In this document: positions 29,758 through 38,892 of the stretch, piece by piece | How positions within the stretch are numbered: the first letter of the stretch is position 1 | How the letters are laid out: the number at the start of each line of letters is the position of its first letter | Sequence record: MF360958.1 | DNA length: 64,000 bases | Strand: one strand, 5' to 3' | The notes under the pieces: generated by a model | The model's input: only the letters and a program-made list of their open reading frames with translations | Databases searched by the model: none | Told to the model about the DNA's origin: nothing | Translations under genes and position numbers: made by a program

Positions 29758-30177
29758 CTATAGGTCATGTAGTTCATCAATGTTGACAACATTATACAGA
29801 CCCTCGTTATGTTTTACAACACTAGTGATAATGTTGGTATAGTTGGGTTTAAAGAATACTTTTGAGTATTGTTCTATTTCATCTTCATCAATACTTATTA
29901 TATCGTTAACCTTTTCAACAATCAATCCTAACAATGTTTCATGGGTATTTTCTGTAATAATGACCATCCCATTTTGAATTTGATTTTGAGCAAAAAACTT
30001 GGAAAGATTGCATAACCCAATAGGGGTTTGCCTGAAATAAGTTATTCCTTCAACAAACCATGGACTACCCGGTGCCTCGGCAATGGTTAAATCTTCAAAT
30101 TCTTTAATTTCACAAATATTTTGTATATTAATTGCAAATTGTTGATCGCTGATAGTAAATGTTAAAAATTGTATCAT
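29758..30177 (-). CDS. CheW-like protein
   Basis: FLTFTISDQQFAINIQNICEI...PGSPWFVEGITYFRQTPIGLCNL...GLIVEKVNDI follows the CheW pattern. Confidence 0.75.
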   Translation of the reverse strand: MIQFLTFTISDQQFAINIQNICEIKEFEDLTIAEAPGSPWFVEGITYFRQTPIGLCNLSKFFAQNQIQNGMVIITENTHETLLGLIVEKVNDIISIDEDEIEQYSKVFFKPNYTNIITSVVKHNEGLYNVVNIDELHDL

Positions 30178-30264
30178 TAGTATACCTCTATATTACTCTT
30201 GCATTATAACCTAAAAATGTGTATTATCAAGATTGAACTAAACCAACTTTTCCAAGGTGGAGTT

Positions 30265-30507
30265 ATGACAATTGTATTAGACTTTTGGGTATTGTTTGTA
30301 ACACTAGTGATTATCGGTGTTGGATTCCTACAGCATGTCAAGGTTACCCGTTATCCGTACCTCAGTGATCGTGTTCAAGCGTTTGCAAAACCTGAAGCGT
30401 ATCTTCTCATCACTGAGGAAAATCTACATGGGCGTACACTCGTGGTTGTTCTACAAATGTTTTATTTTGTAGCAATGTGTATAATTTTTCTAGGATTATT
30501 AAAATGA
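30265..30507 (+). CDS. Small membrane protein (2 TM)
   Basis: Two hydrophobic helices; GGAG RBS before ATG 30265. Confidence 0.6.
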   Translation: MTIVLDFWVLFVTLVIIGVGFLQHVKVTRYPYLSDRVQAFAKPEAYLLITEENLHGRTLVVVLQMFYFVAMCIIFLGLLK

Positions 30508-30517
30508 AGGAAGGCGT

Positions 30518-31231
30518 ATGATTTATTTGGATTATTCACAATGGAACGGGGCCTATAATACAAAACAATATTTAAACGACTATATACAAATTCCTATCGA
30601 TATTTCAACATTACTGGATAATCGTTTATTTGAATTTTATTGTTGTGACAAATGCCCAATAGATTTTTTCTGTAATGAAAAAACCATGAGTAATCATGAT
30701 AAAAGAATTATATTTAATTTTATGTATGAACATTATCCACATTATTTAACATTAAAATGGTCCTTTCCTATAATTCCTGCATCACATAAAGAATTTAAAT
30801 ATAAAAACACAGTTAATAATGTTTTATTTATAGACGACCAACTCTATCAACATTATGTTAATAAAATTGATCATGAATGTAATAACATTTTAAAACAAAT
30901 TTATATTACAAATGAATCTTTAAGAAATAAAATTAATAGAATTTATATTTACCCATATAATATAAATCTGACACTTTATTCAATAAAATCTGCTTTTTAT
31001 CAAATCACATCAATAGATGATGTTGAGGCTGTTAAACCAGAAAATCTAGATTTCCAAATTGATACATTTTATCGTTATCGTATCGTTTTTGAAATTGAAG
31101 AAAAGAATGTAAATTATCTCAAACTTGATTCGTATTTTATTGAAAGGTTTTTAAATAATGGAAAAATTTATGATAGCTACGAAGAAGTTGTTAATAAAAT
31201 GGTTTCTTCGCAATTATACTTTATGATGTAA
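30518..31231 (+). CDS. Hypothetical protein (family B)
   Basis: KINRIYIY...IVFEIEEKNVNYLKLDSYF, shared with paralogs. Confidence 0.65.
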   Translation: MIYLDYSQWNGAYNTKQYLNDYIQIPIDISTLLDNRLFEFYCCDKCPIDFFCNEKTMSNHDKRIIFNFMYEHYPHYLTLKWSFPIIPASHKEFKYKNTVNNVLFIDDQLYQHYVNKIDHECNNILKQIYITNESLRNKINRIYIYPYNINLTLYSIKSAFYQITSIDDVEAVKPENLDFQIDTFYRYRIVFEIEEKNVNYLKLDSYFIERFLNNGKIYDSYEEVVNKMVSSQLYFMM

Positions 31232-31235
31232 AGAA

Positions 31236-31433
31236 TTGTATTACATTGCTTTTATAGTCTCTGTAGGTTTGGCTTTCTATAATATGAAAATGAATTATGA
31301 TAATGTTAAGATTCCGTTTACTAAATTATCACTCGTGGACACATTGATGTTTGTAATAATTCTATCAATGCTATTATTTTCTCTATTCTGTTTACTTTAC
31401 AGTATTAGTTATGGTACACTAATCATTAAATAG
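31236..31433 (+). CDS. Small membrane protein
   Basis: Two hydrophobic stretches; TTG start, uncertain. Confidence 0.45.
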   Translation: MYYIAFIVSVGLAFYNMKMNYDNVKIPFTKLSLVDTLMFVIILSMLLFSLFCLLYSISYGTLIIK

Positions 31434-31448
31434 TGAAGGAGATTAAAG

Positions 31449-31676
31449 ATGTCTGACAAAACCGTTCGTTACAATAAAGATTCTCTCGAACTCAACCTTG
31501 AATGTGTTCTTGGTGTTGATGTTGTTTATCAATCCGGTATGACCAATCCTCGACTAGTGGATCTTGCCGCTAAGCAACTTTTTAAAAATGGAGATATGGG
31601 TAGCGATACAGCAAACGTCATTCGTCAAGCTCTAGTTGATCTTGACAGTCAAGGTTATTTTAATTATACTGACTAA
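31449..31676 (+). CDS. Hypothetical protein
   Basis: 75 aa, AGGAG RBS. Confidence 0.75.
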   Translation: MSDKTVRYNKDSLELNLECVLGVDVVYQSGMTNPRLVDLAAKQLFKNGDMGSDTANVIRQALVDLDSQGYFNYTD

Positions 31677-31706
31677 ATAAATAATACTAAAACATTGAAA
31701 AACATT

Positions 31707-31791
31707 GGGGATGTGGTGGAAAGGGTATACACGAGAATCTCAAAAATTCTTGGCTTCGGCTATCCCGGTTCAAGTCCGGGCATCCCCACCA
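31707..31791 (+). tRNA. trnL: tRNA-Leu(CAA)
   Basis: GGGGATG/CATCCCC acceptor stem, AGAAT-CT-CAA-AA-ATTCT anticodon arm, long variable arm, TTCAAGT T-loop, encoded CCA. Confidence 0.95.
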
Positions 31792-31825
31792 AACAATAAA
31801 ATTATCCGGCTTAAAGCCGGATAAT

Positions 31826-32677
31826 TTATTTTAGCCATTTTCTTATAGCATTATCTGAAACACCATACCTTCGACCTAATTCCAAATAAGAATTATGTTT
31901 TAATTCTTTCAACAATTGCTCTTTACTAGGTCTATGTTGTACTTTTCGACAATCTGAATGGCAACATTCATAAGAACAATAAGTTCTATTTTTTGCTTTA
32001 ACTTTGTTATTACATACTTTACATAATGGTAGATTCTTATTTTTTGATTTTTCTTTAAGCTTTACATCGTGTTGTTCAATTAATTTATCAACTCTATAAT
32101 AATTTGCTTTTGATGGGGATAGTCCTGAATTTTCTAAAACTTGTTTAACAGTGGTATATTTTGGAATGTTTTTTAATAATACTGTATCGGAAATTCTATT
32201 TCCAGCGTTTTTACGTTGACCGCTACAATATGTCTCAGTTTGAGAATGACAATTTGGACATAATAACCGTAAATTTGTTATATGATGATTTTTTGAATTT
32301 CCATCTATATGATCTAAATGAAATACCAAACGTTCACCATTCCATTCGGTTATATTACATTTAATACATTTTTCTTTAATATAATTATTTTTTATTAGTC
32401 TTATTTTTAGAGCATTAGTACCATAATGAGGATGTTTATTTTCGTATATGATTTCTTCAATAGGAATTTTTTTAGGATCTTTGCGTTTATGTCTGTTTTC
32501 GTCCAATGCTTTGATATGGTCAGATGGTTTATACACACCAAGCTTTTTAGCATATCGTCTGAACGTGGTATAAGCTAATCCACATTCTTTAGCAGCTTGC
32601 AACATTGATTCATTGTTGTTAGCATAATAGATAATGTCGTTAGATAATTGTTGAGTAAGTTGTATTTTTTTCGGCAT
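31826..32677 (-). mobile_element. Free-standing HNH (homing-type) endonuclease
   Basis: C-x2-C...LDHIDGNSKNHHITNLRLLCPNCHSQT; HTH-like ends; start moved to ATG 32677; late-type CATAAATA on minus at 32711-32718. Confidence 0.8.
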
Positions 32678-32757
32678 TTTTCGAACCCTCACATTGTTAA
32701 TGTATAAATATATTTATGATATTTTGGTTAATATTATATGAAGGTTCGAAAAAGGTG

Positions 32758-32786
32758 TTGACATTACAGGACTGATTAAGTACTAT
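32758..32786 (+). promoter_or_regulatory. Sigma70-type promoter of tRNA-Leu(TAA)
   Basis: TTGACA-17-TACTAT. Confidence 0.8.
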
Positions 32787-32797
32787 AACCATATATT

Positions 32798-32882
32798 GCG
32801 GGTATGGTGGAAATGGTAGACACTGGGGTCTTAAAAACCCTTGCTTTTTAGCGTGCCGGTTCAAGTCCGGCTACCCGCACCA
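32798..32882 (+). tRNA. trnL: tRNA-Leu(TAA)
   Basis: GCGGGTA/TACCCGC acceptor stem, GGGGT-CT-TAA-AA-ACCCT anticodon arm, long variable arm, encoded CCA. Confidence 0.95.
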
Positions 32883-32914
32883 AACATACAACCAAATAGT
32901 ACATAGGTTTCACT

Positions 32915-33166
32915 ATGAGTAATAAGCAAAATTTTGAAGCAATGACTGACATTATTATTCAATATGAAGTTGATCATGATATTACCACACAAGCATTACG
33001 TAATGCTTCTGGTGAAGGTCATCCTCAAGCATTAGATATCATTACAGAAGAAGTAAATAAAGCCTTGGTAAATATTGAAAATCGTATCAATAATGAAGTG
33101 GAAGGTTGTGAATATACTGATTGTTTAGATCTCAGTGTTAATGGTGATGCTACTGATGGATTCTGA
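32915..33166 (+). CDS. Hypothetical protein
   Basis: 83-aa ORF. Confidence 0.7.
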   Translation: MSNKQNFEAMTDIIIQYEVDHDITTQALRNASGEGHPQALDIITEEVNKALVNIENRINNEVEGCEYTDCLDLSVNGDATDGF

Positions 33167-33800
33167 TCGTATTGATCGTATATCACTTTTAAACAATTCT
33201 TACCTTATAAATTTTTTAAGATTCTCTCCTATTAAGTTAACAAACGAACTTGATAATCAAATTATCGAATCCTATATTAACAGAAAAGTTTATGATGATT
33301 TAGTAAATGATGGATTCCCATCTCGTTATTCAATCCGACTTTATCCTAAACGTTTAAAAAATACTTTAGGGGTTAATGATCGGGCCATTATTGATAATGA
33401 TTTATATGAACAAATACATACCCGAGCAATGAATATAAACAAATCAATTGCTGTAGATACTATTAGAAAAGTATTATCTGATAGTATTGCTGAAAAAATC
33501 GTAAATGTTAATGTAATTTACCCTAACAATTATCTGTTATTAGGTTGTTATATTAATAGAGCATATTTCAATCCAAATTCTCCTATATTTAAATGTGATA
33601 TTGATACTAGTAGGAAATTAGATGTAATGCCATGGGCTTCAAAAATAATAATAGAACTTGATATACAGCATAAAGAACTGAATCGATTAAAATTAAATAA
33701 TCGGTTTTTCTTTGACTATATATATCGTGATAGTTATATTAACACACCTATTACTGAAATATTAAGTCCGTGTAATGAAGTTTATTTAGATCAGGAGTAG
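33156..33800 (+). CDS. Hypothetical protein (family B)
   Basis: IIIELDIQHKELNRLKLNNRFF; start moved to ATG 33156. Confidence 0.65.
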   Translation: MDSDRIDRISLLNNSYLINFLRFSPIKLTNELDNQIIESYINRKVYDDLVNDGFPSRYSIRLYPKRLKNTLGVNDRAIIDNDLYEQIHTRAMNINKSIAVDTIRKVLSDSIAEKIVNVNVIYPNNYLLLGCYINRAYFNPNSPIFKCDIDTSRKLDVMPWASKIIIELDIQHKELNRLKLNNRFFFDYIYRDSYINTPITEILSPCNEVYLDQE

Positions 33801-33805
33801 TTACT

Positions 33806-34057
33806 ATGCCTTATAATTATCAAGAAATGAGATCATATATTCTTGAAAGCGATTCCGGTAAGAATAAAATTCTTGAGACAGAATCAAAAGTTCATTCTTT
33901 ACCAAAACGATTTACTGCACAACAAGCATTCACAACAGGTGATAGCTGGACCATGCTTGCCTGTATTGATTATTTAGTAGAGAAAGGTATTATTAGGGAA
34001 ATTGAACCAGATGGGCCATTTGAACAACATCGACAATTTGTCAAAGTTGGGATTTAA
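33806..34057 (+). CDS. Small winged-helix-like protein
   Basis: GDSWTMLACIDYLVEKGIIREI. Confidence 0.5.
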   Translation: MPYNYQEMRSYILESDSGKNKILETESKVHSLPKRFTAQQAFTTGDSWTMLACIDYLVEKGIIREIEPDGPFEQHRQFVKVGI

Positions 34058-34129
34058 ATTAAAAGCCTCTTGAAAAAATATTATAATTTAGTTATAATGT
34101 ACTTAATAAATCGTTGAGAGGTATTAGAG

Positions 34130-34459
34130 ATGAACCGCTGGTTTGTTCGAAACGAAAAAATGGTAGAGACTGTTAAAAGCCAAATGCGAGGCGGTAATTT
34201 TATTGATTATAATTTTTTTAATTATTACCTCAAAGATTTGCTTAATATGGGTGATGGCGCACTTATTCCTGATGAAGTGATTTTTTATCTGGATCATGAA
34301 AATTATTCAATGATGTATATTTTGGACGGCCTTCATCAATTTATGAATGTTTATCCGCGTCTTTTCAATAAAACAAGTTTTGTATTTGAGGGGAGCAATA
34401 AACAACTCGTATCAACATATCAAAAAGTTGTTAAGAAAATGAAAAAGGCTGTTGAATAG
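34130..34459 (+). CDS. Hypothetical protein
   Basis: GAGG RBS, upstream promoter-like site. Confidence 0.7.
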   Translation: MNRWFVRNEKMVETVKSQMRGGNFIDYNFFNYYLKDLLNMGDGALIPDEVIFYLDHENYSMMYILDGLHQFMNVYPRLFNKTSFVFEGSNKQLVSTYQKVVKKMKKAVE

Positions 34460-34527
34460 AAAGTAGTTGACAATTTAAATGTATTGTATTAGTATTATTG
34501 TATAAGTAATTTTCAAAAGGTAATTCT

Positions 34528-34884
34528 ATGACCGAAGCTGAAGAAAAAATTGTCCATCAAATATTGAAATATGGTTGTATTGAAGTTCATCATAAGGACT
34601 CGTTGAAATGGAAGCGTCGTGAAAAGCTTCGTGAAATGGAAGAAAGAGATATAGTAGAATATAGACCCGCATCTACAGGACTGTATCTTTCGTATGGTCC
34701 CGGAAATAAGTTCTATGACTTTTTAGAAGAAAATAATATTCAAACATTTAGTCCTCAAGAACATGAAAAAGAGAAAAAGAGAAAAAGAATGGAACAATAT
34801 AATGATCCTGAAACTCATGGAAAAGGATTAAAAGGACGTGCTCGAAAAATGCGCGACAAAGTTAAAGTTATTTTTAAATATTAA
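34528..34884 (+). CDS. Hypothetical basic protein
   Basis: TTGACA-17-TAGTAT at ~34467-34495. Confidence 0.7.
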   Translation: MTEAEEKIVHQILKYGCIEVHHKDSLKWKRREKLREMEERDIVEYRPASTGLYLSYGPGNKFYDFLEENNIQTFSPQEHEKEKKRKRMEQYNDPETHGKGLKGRARKMRDKVKVIFKY

Positions 34885-34902
34885 TTATCTAAGGTATATA
34901 CT

Positions 34903-35265
34903 ATGGAAGAAGAATTTACAAGCGAACAAATTCCTGATGAATTATACGATGAATTGAACTCCAGTTTTGGTTCTGTACGTACTGATCTTGTGGTTGAGTA
35001 TGATGAAAACGATCCTAATAAACCTCAAGTGAATCAAAACTGGCGATCTTTTAAATCAATTACGACCAGTAGTGGTGATAATCAACTCGTAACACAAAAA
35101 GCAGTAAATCCTGAAACATTTGAAGTAGAAGAAATGGAAGGATATAACACATTTTCTTTCAAGGTTCGTGTTGAATTTTCAGAAAATGAAGATCCTATTC
35201 TTCGTCAAGTTCTCGGATTTTTTACGTTTACTCCTGTGAATAAAAACAATATTGACAATAATTAA
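34903..35265 (+). CDS. Hypothetical acidic protein
   Basis: 120-aa ORF. Confidence 0.7.
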   Translation: MEEEFTSEQIPDELYDELNSSFGSVRTDLVVEYDENDPNKPQVNQNWRSFKSITTSSGDNQLVTQKAVNPETFEVEEMEGYNTFSFKVRVEFSENEDPILRQVLGFFTFTPVNKNNIDNN

Positions 35266-35289
35266 ATTTATTGATACTTTATTAAAATT

Positions 35290-35356
35290 AAAGGGTGAAT
35301 TATGATCTGTCATCATTGAAATCCGGTCCATTGCCGTTTCATAATTCGCCCTTTTT
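35290..35356 (+). other. Long-stem structured intergenic element
   Basis: 16-bp stem (one G-U) enclosing 33 nt, followed by T-run. Confidence 0.55.
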
Positions 35357-35391
35357 AAACATTATATTGTCTTACTATCATGAGGTATAAA

Positions 35392-36090
35392 ATGAAATTC
35401 ATTAATGAAAAGTCGAGGCTTCTTAACACTATTCAGTCCTATATTGATGGCTTGGAAGATATTAAAGAAGAATCTTCAAATCCAAATACAGTTCAAGCTC
35501 ACCGGGAAAAAGAGCTAATTCAATACTTTAAAAATGAAATTATTAGGCGTATTAATAATTGTTATACACGATATAATAATGATGTTAAAACTTTTTGGAA
35601 TAATAAAAAATGGTGGCAAAGCGCTAAAAAAGCACCAAAAATAGAAACTTATCGAGGAGATATTGTTGATCTATGTAAAGAAGCTTCTACATATAATATT
35701 GCAGTTATTCCTTATGGTTGGTTTTTTGCTGAGAGTTCTATATTCAACTGTACTGGTGTTGATGAATGCGATACTAATTTATACAGCATTATTAACGCAT
35801 ATGATGGTATAAAAATCAATGCCCTTTATCATAATATGAATTTGGATAATCTACCTTTTAGTGATTTTTCAACCAATACACAAATTCTCTATGTTGGTAA
35901 TAAAGAATTTGTAAAAAATAATACTAAGCATGGCCATTTTTCAGCTATTGATGATACTATTAAATATCTTCATCGTTATTACGATAATATTGAAAAATCT
36001 CATGGAGAGTATATTGAATTTGGCCCAAATGATAGAATATATGCCACTTTTAATGAAGCAAAACATTTGATCGAGGAATTTAATAGATAA
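35392..36090 (+). CDS. Hypothetical protein
   Basis: GAGG RBS before ATG 35392. Confidence 0.7.
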   Translation: MKFINEKSRLLNTIQSYIDGLEDIKEESSNPNTVQAHREKELIQYFKNEIIRRINNCYTRYNNDVKTFWNNKKWWQSAKKAPKIETYRGDIVDLCKEASTYNIAVIPYGWFFAESSIFNCTGVDECDTNLYSIINAYDGIKINALYHNMNLDNLPFSDFSTNTQILYVGNKEFVKNNTKHGHFSAIDDTIKYLHRYYDNIEKSHGEYIEFGPNDRIYATFNEAKHLIEEFNR

Positions 36091-36091
36091 T

Positions 36092-36211
36092 ATAAAATTA
36101 TTTTTAGATACAGAATTTAACAGTTTTGAAAGATCATTAATCGCTTTAGCTCTTGTAAGTGAAAGTGATAGTGATACTTATTTTTATCTTACCCGAAGAC
36201 CAATAATATGA
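36092..36211 (+). pseudogene. Remnant of DEDDh 3'-5' exonuclease (DUF5051-like)
   Basis: ATA-KLFLDTEFNSFERSLIALALVSE then TGA after ~40 codons; no ATG. Confidence 0.55.
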
Positions 36212-36255
36212 GTCTTGGGCAAAACAGAATATAGCTTCATTGAAAGGAGATAATA

Positions 36256-36642
36256 ATGATTACAGCTAACTCTGATGTTGCGTACAAAGATCCTACCCTA
36301 CGCGCTAGAATGGAATATAACATGGATCTTTATGGATGGTATGCAGATATAGATGGGCGTTATCGAAGATCAGACCGCCTTAAAGAAGGAGATATGGTGA
36401 CCATCATTGATGGAAGCGAATCAATATTAACTTTTGTTAAATATATTGATTGGAAAAATAGAATGATATTCAGAGGATGGCAACCCACGATTATTAATGG
36501 AAGTTATGTATCAAAAGGTATTCCTATATGGGTGCCTTTTACTCGTATCAAACATAAAGGAGAGCGCGTAGATAGGCCAGAAACTTCCGATGAGAAAATT
36601 CATAGACTTGAATCATATCTTACATTAAAAGGACTTGAGTAA
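36256..36642 (+). CDS. Hypothetical protein
   Basis: AGGAG RBS. Confidence 0.7.
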   Translation: MITANSDVAYKDPTLRARMEYNMDLYGWYADIDGRYRRSDRLKEGDMVTIIDGSESILTFVKYIDWKNRMIFRGWQPTIINGSYVSKGIPIWVPFTRIKHKGERVDRPETSDEKIHRLESYLTLKGLE

Positions 36643-36804
36643 CACCTTCGATGAATAATGGAGTAATTGTAAAAATCAAAAATTGAGTTGATTTCTATGT
36701 GGATTACCTTACAAACTTTTACGGAATCACTGAAACAATATCCGCATTGCATTATTCTAATAAAATTGTTATATTATGATTAGTAGATTGTTAATGAGGT
36801 TGTT

Positions 36805-37107
36805 ATGAAAAAAGACGAAATTTGTATGTATAAAGTAGAAATAGTTGAGAATTTCACAAATAAAACGTCTATCTTTGGTAAAGAATACAGCGGTTATAAT
36901 AGTGTTGGAAAATTAACCAATAAAAACATTTTTGAAAGGCTGGTGAAGCCTTATGTGGATTCAATGAAAGAGGGCGGTGTTAATGCCCATGTTAGTCGCG
37001 AAATCGGCTATATTCCTTACCCTAAATACGTAAAAGTAACCGTCCAAAAGGGATCGCGTTGCGGTGAAGTCATTGAATGGGAAGCGCCTATGTTCATGGT
37101 ATGGTAA
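36805..37107 (+). CDS. Hypothetical protein
   Basis: GAGG RBS. Confidence 0.7.
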   Translation: MKKDEICMYKVEIVENFTNKTSIFGKEYSGYNSVGKLTNKNIFERLVKPYVDSMKEGGVNAHVSREIGYIPYPKYVKVTVQKGSRCGEVIEWEAPMFMVW

Positions 37108-37111
37108 CTTC

Positions 37112-37136
37112 AAAGCCCTCAAAAGAGGGCTTTTTT
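37112..37136. terminator. Bidirectional terminator
   Basis: AAAGCCCTC-AAAA-GAGGGCTTTTTT. Confidence 0.85.
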
Positions 37137-38289
37137 AATCTCCATAAAGAATTCTCTTAGCTATTTGTTCTCCGACTTTAACAATATGCCCTTGATTTTC
37201 ACTAGAAAATTCAGGGAAATACTCTTGAATTTCATCTACATAAATGTCGTAGTTATACATCCTCATAAGGACATTTGTTAGTCGTTTTTCTAAATCTAAA
37301 GGATCGCCTTCTTCCCATCCCATTTTCTGAGGATCAAAACCTTCTTTACCATCTAATACATTTAAAATATGACTGAATTGTTTCATAGCAGTTTCATTAG
37401 ACATCATATCTTGACGATATTCTTGATCACGAATTTTCTTCCATTTCTCAACAACGGCATCTATCATCTGGTCAACAACTTTGAAATTATTCTTTTTCAT
37501 TATATCAATGACACGATTTAATATACGACTTTCCCGAGTATCATTTTTAATTTCACCCGAAAAATTATGAATATCATTACGTGTAGAATTGGCGAAATCC
37601 ATACTGCGAGATAAAATATTAGGTAATTTTTTACGGGTTCTATCAGTAAGTTCTGAGGTATCTTTTTTATACCATAATTCTACCAAACTCTCTAAATCTC
37701 TTATAATATCCCGACTAGGCATTCTTGAAGAAATAAAAGGTTTTTCTGAATCTTTAGTTAATTCTTTAATTTGCTGAAGACTTAATGCATCCTTCTTGTT
37801 ATTAGAAATAAAGTCGCTGCTATCTTCATAAACATATACAGGAATATTATTTTTCTTAGCAAGTGTTACAACAGGTATTACATAATAAAGCTGTTTACTA
37901 TAAATGCTTTTACTACTTATTTTAATTGTTATTTCTTCAATATATTTTAAAGAAGGTATACTTGGATCATCTGTGAAAAGACGATCTTCCATTTCATCAT
38001 CACCGATGGTACTATCACCCCAATAATCAAGAGCTTTCCCTTTATAGTTGTTGTTTAGTTTTTCACCATTAAGTTTGAACAATACACCTACCGGTTTATC
38101 TTTATGATAGGCTCCTGTACGACTTCTTGTTAATGATAAGAAGTAAAATTTAGACGAACCTTGTTCGATCTCAGAATCATTTTTAATGGTAGGAACCAAT
38201 TTGAATTCATCATTTTTAATAATGGTGTAAGCTTGATTCAAGGAAGTGTAGTGAAATACGGTAGCACTTAATGACTCATTTAAATTCAT
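37135..38289 (-). CDS. Late protein with ADP-ribosyltransferase-like core
   Basis: VFHYTS, FLSLTRS and DEMEDRL in H-S-E order; N-terminus MNLNE-S; ACTAAATA on minus (38329-38336). Confidence 0.5.
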   Translation of the reverse strand: MNLNESLSATVFHYTSLNQAYTIIKNDEFKLVPTIKNDSEIEQGSSKFYFLSLTRSRTGAYHKDKPVGVLFKLNGEKLNNNYKGKALDYWGDSTIGDDEMEDRLFTDDPSIPSLKYIEEITIKISSKSIYSKQLYYVIPVVTLAKKNNIPVYVYEDSSDFISNNKKDALSLQQIKELTKDSEKPFISSRMPSRDIIRDLESLVELWYKKDTSELTDRTRKKLPNILSRSMDFANSTRNDIHNFSGEIKNDTRESRILNRVIDIMKKNNFKVVDQMIDAVVEKWKKIRDQEYRQDMMSNETAMKQFSHILNVLDGKEGFDPQKMGWEEGDPLDLEKRLTNVLMRMYNYDIYVDEIQEYFPEFSSENQGHIVKVGEQIAKRILYGD

Positions 38290-38404
38290 AGTAGTTAAAC
38301 CTTTTTATTCTTTAAAAATATCTACTTATATTTAGTATAAATTGACAAAAAGGCACAACGCCTATAACATATAAGTAACCTGTTAATATTTTGGAGACAG
38401 CAAT

Positions 38405-38890
38405 ATGAAAGAAACTGACAATAAACTGGATATTAATGAAAAAGTTGTAATAACTGATATAAAGTTAAAAACATTTAATCAACAAGGACATGTGGTGAAA
38501 GAAGCACATCCTTATTATAGTGTACAATTAGATAATGGAAGAGTGTCTAATTATCATTGTAAGCGATTTGATGTTTTATCATATGACGACGATGAAGTAG
38601 ATGAAAAAGTAGATCAATATTTTTACATGATTGTTGATACTGATCCAGATTGGCTTAGTATAACGGATTCATCTGAATGTCCTGTGTATTTGTTTCATGA
38701 TGAAGATGAAGTAAATGCTAAAATCAAAGAATACGTTGACGAAATGTGGTATCAAGACCAAGAACTGGATGAAAATGAATTGAAAGATTTCTTCAGCGAA
38801 ACCATTAAAATCTATGAGGTTAACAGTAATACACTCGAAAAAAGTATGATTATTCCTAACGTCAAAATGGAAACTACGGTTAGAATTTAA
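38405..38890 (+). CDS. Hypothetical protein
   Basis: TTGACA-17-TAACAT promoter, GGAG RBS. Confidence 0.75.
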   Translation: MKETDNKLDINEKVVITDIKLKTFNQQGHVVKEAHPYYSVQLDNGRVSNYHCKRFDVLSYDDDEVDEKVDQYFYMIVDTDPDWLSITDSSECPVYLFHDEDEVNAKIKEYVDEMWYQDQELDENELKDFFSETIKIYEVNSNTLEKSMIIPNVKMETTVRI

Positions 38891-38892
38891 TT

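Noticed and set aside
23879-36700. Stop-codon reassignment suggested by in-frame TAA (23879) and TGA (~36684)
   Set aside because: Conserved genes end normally at TAA, TGA and TAG and are full length under code 11; isolated cases are better explained as decay.
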